A stretch of DNA of 36,205 bases, taken from NCBI GenBank assembly GCA_050012475.1, contig JBEKHC010000050.1, positions 1-36,205 on the forward strand, written 5' to 3'. The notes beneath the pieces were generated by a model. The model ran no database searches and was not told the origin of the DNA. It saw nothing but the letters and a program-made list of their open reading frames with translations. Position 1 is the stretch's first letter; each line of letters starts with the position of its first letter. Below are positions 35,281 through 36,205 of this stretch, piece by piece. The DNA is from Candidatus Velthaea sp. GTDB lineage: Bacteria; Vulcanimicrobiota; Vulcanimicrobiia; Vulcanimicrobiales; Vulcanimicrobiaceae. The position numbers and the translations under genes were made by a program.

Positions 35281-36205
35281 ATGAACGATCTCTCGACCAA
35301 CCTCACGGCATTTTGCGCGACGCTGCGCGCCGAGCATCGCTTTGCCGTCGGTCAACCCGAAACGCGCGATGCGCTACGCGCCCTCGAGATCGTCGGCGTC
35401 GCCGACGAAACGCGCGTCCGCTCCGCGCTGCGGCTGGTCTTCTGCGCAACGCACGCGCAGACGCTCGTCTTCGATCGCGCGTTCGACGCCTTCTTTCGCC
35501 GATCGGCGCAGGGCACGGCACAGCCCGCCTTGGCGGCGCGCCGCACGCGCCCGGGCCACGAACGGCCACCGGCGGGCGTCGAGCGGCCGTTGCCGCAGCG
35601 GACGTCCGGCGACGACGAACGCGAAGCCGGCGGCGGAACCCGCGCCGAGCAGAAAGCCGCTGCGGATGAATCGGACGCGGCGACGGCTTGGCAAACCCTG
35701 CGCGCGCGTTACAGCCCGGCCGCCGCGGCGGGGGAAGCGCCCGAACCGAGTTCGGCTGATTTCAGACGCATGCTCGCCGCCGCGGGAAACCTGGTGACGA
35801 GCGTGCGGCTCGGCCGGTCGCGGCGCTGGAAACACATCGAGCGCGGCGGACGCTTCGACGTGCGCCGGACGATCCGGGCAAGTCTGCAAACCGGCGGAGA
35901 TCCCGTGGCGCTTCGCTTCTTGGGTCATCCGCTGCGCAATCCGCGCTTCGTCGTGCTCGTCGACGGCAGCCGCTCGATGCGGGAACGCACCGGGCCGATC
36001 GTGCATTTCGCCCGCGCGCTGTGCGCGCGTTCATTGCGCGCGCAGGTGTTCTTCTTCAGCACCGGATTACGCGACGTGACGCGCAGTCTGCGCGCTGCGG
36101 GCGTGGGCTCGACCGGCCCCAGCGAGCTGGGCGAAGCATGGGGCGGGGGAACCAAGATCGGCGCGGCGCTCGAGACGTTCGTGCGCGAACATGGCACCCG
36201 GCTGC
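35281..36205 (+). CDS. coxE: VWA-domain protein CoxE (partial, runs off the window)
   Basis: Not in the ORF track because it has no stop in the window. Reads MNDLSTNLTAFCATLRAEH...FDRAFDAFF...FDVRRTIRASLQTGGDP...VVLVDGSRSM (MIDAS)...FFFSTGLRDVT...WGGGTKIG. Confidence 0.9.
   Translation, partial: MNDLSTNLTAFCATLRAEHRFAVGQPETRDALRALEIVGVADETRVRSALRLVFCATHAQTLVFDRAFDAFFRRSAQGTAQPALAARRTRPGHERPPAGVERPLPQRTSGDDEREAGGGTRAEQKAAADESDAATAWQTLRARYSPAAAAGEAPEPSSADFRRMLAAAGNLVTSVRLGRSRRWKHIERGGRFDVRRTIRASLQTGGDPVALRFLGHPLRNPRFVVLVDGSRSMRERTGPIVHFARALCARSLRAQVFFFSTGLRDVTRSLRAAGVGSTGPSELGEAWGGGTKIGAALETFVREHGTRL

Overview
High-GC bacterial chromosomal window with no rRNA, tRNA, CRISPR array, transposase or integrase visible. 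The gene architectures suggest a diderm soil bacterium, possibly Ca. Eremiobacterota, but that is an inference only. From left to right it holds: (1) a translationally coupled TonB-dependent-receptor-like gene, OmpR-type regulator and sensor kinase, downstream of recQ; (2) a cruG-like glycosyltransferase / cruF-like hydratase / acyltransferase operon for carotenoid glycoside esters, then doxX; (3) a zinc-ribbon gene with a long structured leader; (4) a GH19 lysozyme-like gene coupled to a small exported Cys-rich protein; (5) an SDR, a stand-alone SelB-type winged-helix protein and glgX; (6) two divergent AAA-ATPase/LuxR regulators; (7) an alpha/beta hydrolase, pirin, a PP2C/SpoIIE phosphatase and GntR; (8) a form I aerobic CO dehydrogenase cluster coxM-S-L-G-F(XdhC-YHS)-D-E, cut off by the window end. 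Two families of structured intergenic repeats are also present. The most unusual items are the receptor's long extension beyond its last barrel strand, a covarying ~100-nt hairpin repeat, the stand-alone SelB RNA-binding module, the switch-like leader and the candidate muramidase/immunity pair.
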